A DNA stretch of 61,393 bases, filler included, from Candidatus Woesearchaeota archaeon (GTDB taxonomy: Archaea; Nanobdellota; Nanobdellia; Woesearchaeales; GCA-2687795), in NCBI GenBank assembly GCA_030753365.1. It is 6 parts of 6 records of this genome, joined end to end, with 100 filler letters (N's around TTAATTAATTAA, not from the genome) between each part and the next. Parts side by side here need not be neighbours in the genome. Positions count along the whole stretch, not along the records: positions 27,403 to 40,769 come from JASMCJ010000071.1; positions 40,870 to 45,238 come from JASMCJ010000072.1; 4 more parts are not named here. One strand, 5' to 3'. Of this stretch, positions 32,219 through 42,270 are shown one piece after another; within the stretch, counting starts at the first letter, position 1; each line of letters opens with the position of its first letter. The position numbers and the translations under genes were made by a program. The notes under the pieces are model-generated. The model saw only the letters and a list, made by a program, of their open reading frames with translations, was not told the origin of the DNA and ran no database searches.

Positions 32219-32311
32219 TGGGGCCGCGGAGACTTTCAAACCATTAATGGCTTTTGAACTCCGGTTACCAGACCCCCAGCCTGGTATCATTCCAAGCTAG
32301 ATCACAGCCCC
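32219..32311 (-). tRNA. tRNA-Pro(GGG) with 20-nt T-loop intron (32233-32252); first 10 nt overlap the LAGLIDADG ORF end
   Basis: GGGGCTG/CGGCCCC acceptor, CCAGG-CTGGGGG-TCTGG anticodon arm, spliced T-loop TTCAAAT. Confidence 0.88.
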
Positions 32312-33129
32312 AAATGATTTTTCACTCTAGATAAATGTTTTTTATTTGAAAATCCTATTTCCTTTATATATATTCTAACTTCATCTTTTTTATACAAAGT
32401 AACGGAATAAGGAGTGTTTTGGATAAATGTAAGATTAAAATAGTTTGCCATCTTTTGTAAATCAGTTAATAAGTTAGACGCCCTGTTGTGAAAAGAGATA
32501 TATAGTTGTTTATCACGTTTATGGTAGTGCGTACAACCATCTGTATCAATCATTCCTCTTATACAGTATCTTGAGAAAGTTTTGTTGGTTTTAATCCACT
32601 TGGGTACTTGAATATTTCTTTTTACTTTATTACCTTGACCCAAACCATATTTTTCAAGAAGTATCCTTAATTCTTTACTATATACATATATAGATACTGA
32701 TTTAGACCTTTTACTTTTATATACTTTTGGTCCTATTCCGAACAATTTCTTAAATAGTTTTTTTATATGTTCTTTAAATTCCTGTTCTTCACTACTTATA
32801 ATTATTCTTATGCTATCCCTATAAATATTTCCATCACCAAGCATTATACCAATAAATTCTGCAAAATCTTGGACCTTACCTTCAAATTGTATTTTAATGG
32901 GTTTAAGATACTTTCCAAAATTTCTTTCTGAATGGAATTTTGCTTCGATTAGCTTCAATGATTTTCTAGGAATCCTGCTTATTTTTACTATTACATCCAA
33001 TTGACTTTCAGAAATTGATTTGCTTTTATATATGAGATTCTTCAAATTAGTTCTTATTGATGTCTTTAATAGCTTTTTATAATACTGTCTTAGTAGTTGC
33101 CTTATTAGTAAATTAATTTTGTATCTCAT
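32302..33129 (-). CDS. Free-standing two-motif LAGLIDADG homing endonuclease
   Basis: FAEFIGIMLGDG and YCIRGMIDTDG; no intein splicing motifs. Confidence 0.88.
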   Translation of the reverse strand: MRYKINLLIRQLLRQYYKKLLKTSIRTNLKNLIYKSKSISESQLDVIVKISRIPRKSLKLIEAKFHSERNFGKYLKPIKIQFEGKVQDFAEFIGIMLGDGNIYRDSIRIIISSEEQEFKEHIKKLFKKLFGIGPKVYKSKRSKSVSIYVYSKELRILLEKYGLGQGNKVKRNIQVPKWIKTNKTFSRYCIRGMIDTDGCTHYHKRDKQLYISFHNRASNLLTDLQKMANYFNLTFIQNTPYSVTLYKKDEVRIYIKEIGFSNKKHLSRVKNHLGL

Positions 33130-33142
33130 GTAATTTCAGGTG

Positions 33143-33194
33143 CTGGAGATCAAATTTATAAATCTTTTGATAGACCAAGCTACACTACGGCCCC
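33143..33194 (-). pseudogene. Orphan 5' half of tRNA-Pro, probably with a 19-nt intron
   Basis: GGGGCCGTAGTGTAGCTTGGTCTATCA...CTCCAG; perfectly complementary to the 3' acceptor strand at 32220-32226; TATA box about 28 nt upstream. Confidence 0.75.
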
Positions 33195-33250
33195 TTTACA
33201 TAAGAAGAAAACCGCAACCAATATAAATAACTAATCAAAATAAAGATTAT

Positions 33251-33787
33251 ATGCTTACTTTAATCCTTAAATCATTATATCTTATGCTTCCTGCATATTT
33301 TGCTAATATGGCACCTATTATATGCAAGAAAATAAAGTTTCTCAATGTTCCTGTTGATTTTAATGAGAAACTTGAAGGCAAGCCAATATTTGGCAGAAAT
33401 AAAACCTACAGAGGCCTGCTTGCAGGCGTGATATTTGCAGTGATTATAGCATTCATTCAATTCCTTCTTTCAAGATTTAATTTTTTCAGTAGTATTAGTA
33501 TATTAGATTATTCAGAGTGGCATATTATAGGGTTCCTTTTAGGATTAGGCGCTTTAGTAGGCGATATGGCAGAATCATTCATCAAGAGAAGGCTGAACAT
33601 CAAACCAGGCAAGTCATTCATACCATTTGACCAGACTGACTATGCTATAGGCGCATTAATTTTCATTTCAATACTTAACAGATTAGAACTGAATTTTATA
33701 TTCATAACTATAGCATTAAGCTTTATGCTGCACATTATTGTTAATCATCTTAGTTTCTTGTTCAAGATAAGAAAAAGTAGGTGGTAA
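33251..33787 (+). CDS. carS: CDP-archaeol synthase
   Basis: PAYFANMAP, GRNKTYRG, GDMAESFIKRR, DQTD. Confidence 0.92.
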   Translation: MLTLILKSLYLMLPAYFANMAPIICKKIKFLNVPVDFNEKLEGKPIFGRNKTYRGLLAGVIFAVIIAFIQFLLSRFNFFSSISILDYSEWHIIGFLLGLGALVGDMAESFIKRRLNIKPGKSFIPFDQTDYAIGALIFISILNRLELNFIFITIALSFMLHIIVNHLSFLFKIRKSRW

Positions 33788-33798
33788 AGTTTAGCTTG

Positions 33799-34731
33799 TT
33801 AAAATAAATTTATGCCAAGAATAATTAAATATCCAACAACACATCCCATGCTAAGGAAAGGCATTGCAGGATAAAACTTATCTTTCTGCCCTTTGATGAA
33901 TAAAAACATTAAGGCAATTGTTACACAGACTGGTATTATTAAAGTCTTCAAAAATCCAACTAACAATGTATTCTGCAGCATAAGGCCTTTCATCACAACA
34001 CCCGCAAATAATAAAGGAAATCCTATATCTCCTCCCCCAAGTATTGCATGCCTTGTCTTAACTTTCACAAGCTTCTCTGTTTTTGTCATCTTTTTAGCTT
34101 TCTTAGTCCCCATAGTAGCTTTCCCACCATAAGGTATAAGCATACCTGCAAAGATGTTTGACTTGGTTTGGAATTTTGCCAACTTTACCATATGCTTGCT
34201 TTGCCATACAGCGAACATATCATATATTGATATAAACAGAAGCAGCATGAAGGCTGCAAAGAGGTTTATCATTGGCACAAATATTGCAGCCAATCCTCCA
34301 TAGATAAACAATTCAGCAACATTATGTATTATAACATTAGGCCTGTATGTTCTCCAGGCTGCAACAATAAAAGCAAGTATAGAAGCAACAAAGCTTGATA
34401 TAAAAGCTGAGAACGCAAAAGCAAGGCAAAGCCAGGCAACAACAAAGAACCATGCCTTTATTATCATAACCTTCTTGAATCTTATAAGGAGCAATAGAAT
34501 AACAGTACCCATTAATATTGCAAAGAATATGTAACCAAAAGAAGCTCCTCCTTCTACCTCAGGCCTTTGAAAAGATACACCTAAAATACTTGGAAGTTCT
34601 TTATATTCAGTAATCCCGCTTACAGCTGTTGCAGCATGGTCTATATATCTATCTATAATAGTCAAACCAACCACTTGAGACACAAAGAACAGAATTAATA
34701 ACAGAATTGTTACTTTAAGCTCATGTTTCAT
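33799..34731 (-). CDS. Presenilin-family intramembrane aspartyl protease
   Basis: YD, LGGGD and PAMP motifs, multi-TM. Confidence 0.9.
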   Translation of the reverse strand: MKHELKVTILLLILFFVSQVVGLTIIDRYIDHAATAVSGITEYKELPSILGVSFQRPEVEGGASFGYIFFAILMGTVILLLLIRFKKVMIIKAWFFVVAWLCLAFAFSAFISSFVASILAFIVAAWRTYRPNVIIHNVAELFIYGGLAAIFVPMINLFAAFMLLLFISIYDMFAVWQSKHMVKLAKFQTKSNIFAGMLIPYGGKATMGTKKAKKMTKTEKLVKVKTRHAILGGGDIGFPLLFAGVVMKGLMLQNTLLVGFLKTLIIPVCVTIALMFLFIKGQKDKFYPAMPFLSMGCVVGYLIILGINLF

Positions 34732-34762
34732 CAGAAAATTAGACCAGAGAAAGTATATAAAA

Positions 34763-36061
34763 CTATTGTATGGCCTCGCCTATAAGATAATGCACAGTTA
34801 TTTTATTGATCTTAACCTTTATCCAGTCTCCCACTTCAAACTCTCCTATAACAACCACTGGCTTATACGAAGGGTTTCTTCCAACAAAACTGCCTTCTTT
34901 TCCTTTTTCTTCTATAAGGATATAACCTTCCCAGTTTTTCCATTTCTTGTTACTTTCAAAGGAAACATAATCAAACACTGAAGTGATATGAGTTGACCTC
35001 TTTTTTGTTTCATTGCCATGGACCTGCTTAAGCTTTGCAGCTTCAGTTCCCTTATGCGGCCAGAACCTTGACCTGTTAAGCACATCCGGCTTTATCTCAT
35101 TTATTAGGTTAATCGTCTGCTTGAACTCTTCTTCAGTTTCTGTGGGAAAGCCTGCTATCACATCTGTTGAGATTGTAATATTTGGTATTGCCTCCCTGAA
35201 TTTATTTATGATTTTTTTAAAATCTTCCACTGTATGTCCTCTTTTCATCAATTTCAAAACTCTGTCAGAGCCTGACTGCACTGGCAGATGAATAAATTTG
35301 AACATCTTTTCATGCTTAAACGCTTCTATAAGCTCATCAAGTATTGGCAGCACATTCTTAGGGTTCATCATTCCAACTCTCACTCTAAAATCTCCTATCT
35401 GCCTGCAGATTTTGTTTAGAAGTTGTGGAAGCAATACTTTTTCTTCAGCTTTAACAGGAGTTTTATCTAAATTATAGCACGCATTATCTTGTGAGGTTAT
35501 CCAGACTTCTCTGCAATCTTGCTCAACCGATTCTTTTACCTCTCTTATTATTTCTTCAACAGGAAACGAATAGAATTTGCCCTTTATTAACCTTGTATTG
35601 CAGAACGAACAATTATTAGTGCATGAGTTAGAGATGGGAATTATGCTTATTGCCTTATTCTTCCTTAGCCTTGGCAGTGCAATCTTAGGCTCTTCCTCAT
35701 ATGCCATTACTTCCACAAGATTGTCATTAATGGTTTCCTCAACAACTTCAACAATTTTTGCTATATTATGAGTATTGATTAAAGAAACGTCTGCAATCTT
35801 TCTTATATCACCTATGATTTGTTTCGGTATGCAACCTGCTATTATCAGCTTACTATGAGGATATTCCTTGCTGAAATATTCTATTTCCTTTAATGCAGTG
35901 CTTATTGAAGGCCGTTTAACTGCGCAGATTGATAGTATTATCACAAACGCATCTGCAGGAGTGTTTACTAAGTTAAAATCTGCCTCCTTTAATAGGCCAA
36001 GCATCATTTCAGCTTCTGCTACATTGTTAGAGCAGCCATGCACTTTTAGATAGATGTTCAT
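34763..36061 (-). CDS. tRNA methylthiotransferase (MiaB-like, archaeal MtaB type), radical SAM
   Basis: UPF0004 N-terminal domain, CTNNCSFC, TRAM domain. Confidence 0.92.
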   Translation of the reverse strand: MNIYLKVHGCSNNVAEAEMMLGLLKEADFNLVNTPADAFVIILSICAVKRPSISTALKEIEYFSKEYPHSKLIIAGCIPKQIIGDIRKIADVSLINTHNIAKIVEVVEETINDNLVEVMAYEEEPKIALPRLRKNKAISIIPISNSCTNNCSFCNTRLIKGKFYSFPVEEIIREVKESVEQDCREVWITSQDNACYNLDKTPVKAEEKVLLPQLLNKICRQIGDFRVRVGMMNPKNVLPILDELIEAFKHEKMFKFIHLPVQSGSDRVLKLMKRGHTVEDFKKIINKFREAIPNITISTDVIAGFPTETEEEFKQTINLINEIKPDVLNRSRFWPHKGTEAAKLKQVHGNETKKRSTHITSVFDYVSFESNKKWKNWEGYILIEEKGKEGSFVGRNPSYKPVVVIGEFEVGDWIKVKINKITVHYLIGEAIQ

Positions 36062-36146
36062 ATTAATGAGAAATCGTTGGTATTATTTAAATATAGCTTC
36101 TAAAATGTTCGTTCTTCTATTAAAACCAACAACTTTAAATACAAGC

Positions 36147-36212
36147 AATACTACAACAATCTTATAAAGATACTAATACAATATTAAAGTAGTATTACAA
36201 CAATACTGCAAT
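36147..36212. promoter_or_regulatory. Possible operator: repeated AATAC/GTATT and ACAACAAT units upstream of an RHH gene
   Basis: CAATACTACAACAAT ... GTATTACAACAATACTGCAAT. Confidence 0.4.
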
Positions 36213-36221
36213 AAATCAAAA

Positions 36222-36359
36222 ATGCCAAAAAGCGACAAAAGATTGATGGTGCACGTGTACCTGACAAAGAAAGAAAAGAAGAGGATAGAAGAAGAGGCAG
36301 AGGAATTAGGTATATCTCTTTCTGCTTATATCAAGGTAAGGTTATTCAGCAACAAATGA
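36222..36359 (+). CDS. Small ribbon-helix-helix (CopG-like) protein
   Basis: Manual translation MPKSDKRLMVHVYLTKKEKKRIEEEAEELGISLSAYIKVRLFSNK; ATGA overlap with next gene. Confidence 0.75.
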   Translation: MPKSDKRLMVHVYLTKKEKKRIEEEAEELGISLSAYIKVRLFSNK

Positions 36360-38788
36360 AAAAGAAAAGCAGGCATATCAGCAAAAAGAGCATTATTGTC
36401 CTTATCACAATAGTAATAGTTATCAGCTTTTTCTTAGTCAGGCCAAGATTAACAGGCTTCGTCAGTATAAAGAAGGAATATGCCCTCATCGACAAAGTAA
36501 GCATCACAGCAAACGAAAGCAGCGAATATACATGGATACCTAAAGAACAAGGCACTCTAAAAAGCTTTAAGCTGAGCGGAACTGTTCTAAGGCAGGGAGC
36601 TGCAAAGGTTTATCTAAACTATAGCAATAAATTATACTTGGTATTTGACAGCGAACAGCTCGAGAAGAGTCTGAGTGCTGTAACAGGCATGGTTATAACA
36701 AACATTAGCATAGCTAACCAAACAATAGAAGAAATAGTAATTAACCAGTCTAATAATGAAACACAGGTTCTTAATGAAACCATAGAAGACCAAATCAATG
36801 AGTCAACAGAAGAGCTAGTAAATGAAACCATTGAAGAGCCAACAACTAATGAACCAGAACTAACTAAAACCATTCAACTAGCTCTCACTTACTACACGGA
36901 AAGCAGTTATGACACTGATAATAATGGCTTTGAAGAGCTTGATGGTGTAATAGACTTAACTGTAAAAGATACAGATTTCAATTTCAACGCTTCTCCTGAC
37001 AACCTATGCACAAAGTGGACTATTAATTCCATTGACAAAAACACCATTAGTAATGTCTGCCATGGAAGCAGCAGTTGCTGTAACTTCTTAGATATGGATC
37101 CATCATCAACAAATTGGAACGATCCTTACTACAGCTATTTTGAAAAAGATAACGCTGGCTATAACAATTTAGTATCCGCTCAAATAATTCATGCTTATTA
37201 CGATTTCACAACTTTAGAGGCAGATATTATCTACAGCAGCAGCTCAAGCCTAAGCGCTAAGTTTAAGGCACCTTATATTGAATTTGAGGATGTTTGCTTA
37301 GAAACCTGCCTTCTGCCAGGGATTAATGAAACTAATTATAACCTAATCTTCGAAATCAATAATACTCAACTTGACATTGACAGTATATCCTATACTATTG
37401 AAAAAATAATCATAAGCGACCATCCGCCTAAACTTATTAAAAACATTTCTGATATTACTATTGCAAAAGATAATAATTACATCATCAATCTAAGTGAGTA
37501 TTTCTTTGATGAAGACGGCGATATCCTTAGCTATTCCTTTTACAAGACAGATAATGTTTCAACCATAATCAACGAAAACATTGCAGTTATCTCTCCTGAT
37601 AAGGGTTTCACAGGATTAAAGAGTTCTTTCTTTATCGCAAACGACACCAATTCAGTGGCAGTGAGCAATGTGTTCAGGATTAATGTGAGCGAGTTTGGCC
37701 AGGAAAATGTGAGCGAAGGCCTTGTACAGGGCCAGGCAGTCATAGGAAAGCCTGTTAAATGGATTAGGAAAATCAAGCTGAAAGAATCATCTAAAAACAT
37801 TTCAATAAATATAACAAAGCATGCACATAATATCACTATTAAAAAAATAGTTAACGGCACAAAGCTTAAGCTCAAGAAGGAGAAGATAAAGGTCAACAAT
37901 CTTGATTTTAAGGATTATGAAAAGCTTATTGATGGCAAGGTTAAGGGAATATCAATAATAGAAGAATTGAACGCAACAACTATAGATATATTGGATAACA
38001 GCACAGAGTATGAGATTGAGTATGAAACTGAAGGCCCTTCTCTCACAGAAGAAGAGCTTAGTTTTTATAAGAAGACAATAACTATCAGCTCTGATATACA
38101 TTACACTAACATCCTAAGCTATACCTCCCTGCCCATTGAAGTGCCTGTTAATAGTATAAAGCTTTACTGGATAAACAACGGCACAAGGGAAAGGGTAAGC
38201 ACTAACAAATTTGATAAGAACAATAACAGCCTTATAGATTATATTGAATGGATTGTTCCTCACCTGAGCAACCAAACTTATGAATTAGAGTTAGTTATAC
38301 TTAATACCCAAAGCTATCCAACAAGGGGAGGCAACTGGACTGTTATGTTTAATGCTAACGGTATAGGCAACCTAACAATAAGCTCAAGCAATAGCACATC
38401 TTATTCCGAGATGTTCAATGATAACAGCTCAACAATCAATGATTTAGATTTATTAGATTTAAGATGCGGAGATAACCTTTTCTTCAACAAAGAGAGCCTG
38501 TTTATGCAGAATAACACATACCTTATCTTATCCAACAGCACAAAAGTCAAAATAACTGAACTAGCAAACAGTTCACTGGAAGTATCTTCTTTATTCATAG
38601 AAGATTATTCTTGCAATAAAACCGGTTACCATACTGTGAGAGTTTTGACAGATGGAAAGCATCACCAGCTGTTTGATTTTAATGGCTTTCAGGCTTATGC
38701 CCATAACCTTGTAAATAATATCCCAATCACTAGCATTACTGTATTTAGTGATATGAACTCAACCAGGACAAAAGTTTTCTTATCTTGA
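36356..38788 (+). CDS. Large N-anchored surface glycoprotein, possibly C-terminally truncated
   Basis: TM helix plus LTGFV, many NxS/T sequons, cadherin-like DEDGD.LSY; ends abruptly in the convergent gene. Confidence 0.75.
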   Translation: MKKKSRHISKKSIIVLITIVIVISFFLVRPRLTGFVSIKKEYALIDKVSITANESSEYTWIPKEQGTLKSFKLSGTVLRQGAAKVYLNYSNKLYLVFDSEQLEKSLSAVTGMVITNISIANQTIEEIVINQSNNETQVLNETIEDQINESTEELVNETIEEPTTNEPELTKTIQLALTYYTESSYDTDNNGFEELDGVIDLTVKDTDFNFNASPDNLCTKWTINSIDKNTISNVCHGSSSCCNFLDMDPSSTNWNDPYYSYFEKDNAGYNNLVSAQIIHAYYDFTTLEADIIYSSSSSLSAKFKAPYIEFEDVCLETCLLPGINETNYNLIFEINNTQLDIDSISYTIEKIIISDHPPKLIKNISDITIAKDNNYIINLSEYFFDEDGDILSYSFYKTDNVSTIINENIAVISPDKGFTGLKSSFFIANDTNSVAVSNVFRINVSEFGQENVSEGLVQGQAVIGKPVKWIRKIKLKESSKNISINITKHAHNITIKKIVNGTKLKLKKEKIKVNNLDFKDYEKLIDGKVKGISIIEELNATTIDILDNSTEYEIEYETEGPSLTEEELSFYKKTITISSDIHYTNILSYTSLPIEVPVNSIKLYWINNGTRERVSTNKFDKNNNSLIDYIEWIVPHLSNQTYELELVILNTQSYPTRGGNWTVMFNANGIGNLTISSSNSTSYSEMFNDNSSTINDLDLLDLRCGDNLFFNKESLFMQNNTYLILSNSTKVKITELANSSLEVSSLFIEDYSCNKTGYHTVRVLTDGKHHQLFDFNGFQAYAHNLVNNIPITSITVFSDMNSTRTKVFLS

Positions 38789-39998
38789 TTTCTTAATCCT
38801 TGTAAACACAAAGAATATCAGAATCACAAGGAAAATGTCCACAAGAATGAACGCAACTTTGTTATAGGTTAACACTGCTTTAATCTTAGGTAAAGGAGAC
38901 AGTTTAACTGTCTCTTCTTCTACTTGTTTAACTTCTTCTGCAGGCTCTTCCGAATCACCTGCAAGAGACTCAACTTTTTCTATTGTACTGCTTGTGTTAA
39001 GGCTTTCATTAAGTGTTTGATTCGTGCCAGGCAGAACAACATTAATCTCTCCAGTAGCCTGAGAATAAAGCTTCTGTTCAAATAGGGTTTCATAGGTAGC
39101 ATTAGCAAATATAAAATATTTAGCGGGCATACCTAGCGCCACAAAATAAAAAATCCCAATCGCAGCAAGCTGCGGGGTATTTTTAGTATTTAGTTTGCGT
39201 ATTAAGCCGATGCAAGCATCGGGGTATAAAACCCAAACTAAATAATTAACTATTTCTCCTACTTCAAGCTTGTCCTTGCTTGAATTGAACAATATTGAGA
39301 GAATAATCTTTTACTCTAATGTTAGTTGTAGTTGGGCTTATTGTCTTGGTGCTGTTTCCATTGAAATAGCTTATTGAATTGTTTGAGTTGAATGTTGTTT
39401 TATTGATGGCTTCAATTGTCCATGAACATTCTTTTTTTCTGTTAACAGCAAGATCCCCAGTCCATATAACCTCCTTATTTCTTACCATGCAACCTTCCAT
39501 ATTCAATATATTAAATCCATCAAACACATCCAAATACTTAATACTATTAGCTGTCAGGCTGCCTGTGTTCTCCATTGTAATATCAACATCTGTCCTTTCT
39601 CCTATAAGCAGTTCGCCATCTTCTATGGTCATTGTCGCTTCAATGTTAGCAAGAAGTGAGTAAACAGCCACGCCCGCCTGATACACATCCTGATGCAGCG
39701 TGTAATTCCTGTAACTTACATTCATTCCATTAAAGCATATACTTAAGTTGGCTATTTCCTCGCAATATCCTCTATCTATGAAAAGATTATAGCCATTAAG
39801 TTTTACAGATACTTTCTCACTAAATTCATCAAGTTCAACAATGAAACTTTTACTATTAACTGTGAAACCTTCTCCAGAATGCAACCAGCTATTGTAAACT
39901 TCCTCCTGATATCCTGCCTTAGCAAAGCCAGCTAAAAGTATTAAAAGAAATATTGTAGGAATATATTTTGCTTGCATACTATTAATTATATAATCCAA
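38780..39998 (-). pseudogene. Secreted/S-layer-like protein broken by a frameshift (~39290) and element copy 3
   Basis: Signal peptide ORF 39264-39998 continues in another frame (FNSSKDKLEVGEIVN), through the element, to a C-terminal TM helix. Confidence 0.7.
39145..39246 (+). mobile_element. 102-bp twin-hairpin element, copy 3
   Basis: Identical to other copies. Confidence 0.85.
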
Positions 39999-40095
39999 AG
40001 TTTTAATACTTATCGATTACTTAGAAAGTTTTTAGTTTTGAGTATATCAAAGTTTATACAAAGCTTTATATAAAATCTACTTCTTAAAATTATTT

Positions 40096-40263
40096 ATGAA
40101 ACCGGTCAAATATTCTGAGATGCTTAAGAACAATAAGCTCACAAAGTTTAGGCCGGTTAAGGACATTGTAGTCGATAACACTACTTCTGGCGGATATAAA
40201 GAAGAGCAAGAATTAAAGAACAAGGACGAGAAGTCAAGGCAGATACTTCTGGATAAGTTTTAA
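40096..40263 (+). CDS. Small hypothetical protein (55 aa)
   Basis: MKPVKYSEMLKNNKL...QILLDKF; TTTATATA box about 25 nt upstream. Confidence 0.5.
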   Translation: MKPVKYSEMLKNNKLTKFRPVKDIVVDNTTSGGYKEEQELKNKDEKSRQILLDKF

Positions 40264-40269
40264 CAGAAT

Positions 40270-40614
40270 CTATTTTTTTTCACAATCTTTAACATCCTCT
40301 TCTCCCTTAATCCTCGAGAAGAATAGTATGCCAATAACACATATTATTGTTACAATGACTGCAGATACTATTTGATAAATATAACCGGTTCCTTCCATTC
40401 CAGACCTTTGAATTATTTCATCAACGCCAGCTCTTATTGCATCTCTCCAGACAAGAGCTATAACAAATCCGAAAGCAGCAAGCACTGCTGTTAAGACATT
40501 CTTTTTTATCTCGCTTTTCAGATTAACTGCGCTGGATCTAACAGTATGAAAGGACCTATGCGCTATTCCTTTTATTCTGGAATGAATACCTTTTCTTTCT
40601 TCTTCAGATGCCAT
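40270..40614 (-). CDS. Small two-TM membrane protein (DUF5654-like)
   Basis: TAVLAAFGFVIALVWRDAI pattern. Confidence 0.75.
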   Translation of the reverse strand: MASEEERKGIHSRIKGIAHRSFHTVRSSAVNLKSEIKKNVLTAVLAAFGFVIALVWRDAIRAGVDEIIQRSGMEGTGYIYQIVSAVIVTIICVIGILFFSRIKGEEDVKDCEKK

Positions 40615-40869
40615 TTTATAATCTAGGGCACAATAGTAATTATAGAGCCTATTGCTGTCTTGTTAAAACCATCATCTCCTTTGCTGAACATGATTGAAAT
40701 ATCTTCTTTGAATTTGCTACTTGATGCCAATACGCAGCTAACCTCCATATTTTCACTGCTATCAGACGCNNNNNNNNNNNNNNNNNNNNNNNNNNNNNNN
40801 NNNNNNNNNNNNNTTAATTAATTAANNNNNNNNNNNNNNNNNNNNNNNNNNNNNNNNNNNNNNNNNNNN

Positions 40870-41779
40870 CAATATACTTGCTTATGCAATCTCAGAACAT
40901 GTAGAAAATGCAGGAGTCCACAGCGGTGATGCTACTATGGCGCTTCCGCCTCAAAAAACATATCATGAAACAATAAGAAAAATAAAAAGAATTGCTAAAG
41001 AAGTTGCTAAGCATCTTAATATAACAGGTCCATTCAACATCCAATTCCTAGCAAAAGACAATAAAGTAAGCGTCATTGAATGCAATCTAAGAGCATCAAG
41101 ATCATTTCCTTTTGTATCAAAGGTGTTCAAAGTAAATTTCATAGAGCTTGCAACCAAGGCCATCATGAACGAGCAAGTAGCCAAGATTGACAAATCACAC
41201 TTTGAGCTTGACTATGTTGGTGTTAAGGCCCCTCAATTTTCTTTTTCAAGGCTTAAAGGCGCAGATCCTACATTATCAGTTGAGATGGCTTCTACTGGCG
41301 AAGTTGCGTGTATAGGCAATGATATAAGAGAAGCTTTCCTGCTCTCAATGCTCTCAGTAGGTTTTAAGATACCTCAAAAGAACATCCTTCTTTCCACAGG
41401 GCCAGTTGAAAGCAAAGCCTTACTGCTCAAAGAAATAAAAAAACTTCAGGAAATGGACTACAAGCTCTATGCAACCAAAGGAACTGCCAACTTTCTAAAG
41501 GAAAATAACATTAAAACTGAAACCTTGCACTGGCCACTTGAAGAAGAGAAACCTAACATTGTTGATTTCATAAAAGAAGGTAATATAGACCTGGTGATTA
41601 ACATCCCAAAGAACTTTGAACGGGAAGAACTAACCAATGGCCAGATTATAAGAAGGACAGCAATTGATTTTGGTATTCCTCTTGTTACAAATCCTCAGAA
41701 TGCAAAGCTTTTAATCGATGCGTTGCATGAAAAGAAGTTAGAAGATATTGAAGTTAAAAGCTGGGATGAGTTTAAATAA
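40870..41779 (+). CDS. carB: Carbamoyl-phosphate synthase large subunit, C-terminal part (overlaps contig-1 copy)
   Basis: First 318 nt correspond to 26985-27302; EMASTGEV, MGS domain. Confidence 0.95.
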
Positions 41780-42187
41780 ATGAAAATATATCTAACAAAA
41801 GGTATTGTAAGGTTTAATGGCAAATATTTGCTCCTTAAGAAAGTGAAAGATATGGTTCCAGAAAATTCAGGAAAATGGGAGTGTTCTGGAGGAAAAATAG
41901 ACAAAGACGAAAACCCTGAAAAAGCTGTATTAAGAGAAATCAAAGAAGAAACTGGTCTTGATTGTAAAGTCATAAAAGAATTACCATTTCTAGAAATGAA
42001 GAATGATGGCTATGAAAGCAGTTGTCATGTTTGCCTTGTTCAAGCTCCTTCTGATAAGGTAAGATTATCACCAGAACACTCTGAATATATATGGGTAAGA
42101 CCTGAAGAAGTTAAAGATATGTCTCTTGTTTTATTTGCAGACTTATTGTTGAAGTATTTTAATCATGCTGAAAAGTATTTAGAATGA
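41780..42187 (+). CDS. NUDIX hydrolase
   Basis: GGKIDKDENPEKAVLREIKEETGL Nudix box. Confidence 0.92.
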   Translation: MKIYLTKGIVRFNGKYLLLKKVKDMVPENSGKWECSGGKIDKDENPEKAVLREIKEETGLDCKVIKELPFLEMKNDGYESSCHVCLVQAPSDKVRLSPEHSEYIWVRPEEVKDMSLVLFADLLLKYFNHAEKYLE

Positions 42188-42270
42188 AAATAATAGTAAA
42201 ACCAAATTCCTCTAAAAACAAGATTGTTACCGGGTTAAGAAGCAAAGTTAAGGTTGTTAAGATAGATTAA
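42184..42270 (+). pseudogene. Internally deleted DUF167/UPF0235-like gene remnant
   Basis: MKIIVKPNSSKNKI joined directly to VTGLRSKVKVVKID*. Confidence 0.6.

Noticed and set aside
32312..33167. LAGLIDADG insert as a classical BHB intron or an intein
   Set aside because: No complementary central helix at the candidate junctions and no intein terminal motifs; a full tRNA exists downstream without splicing it out
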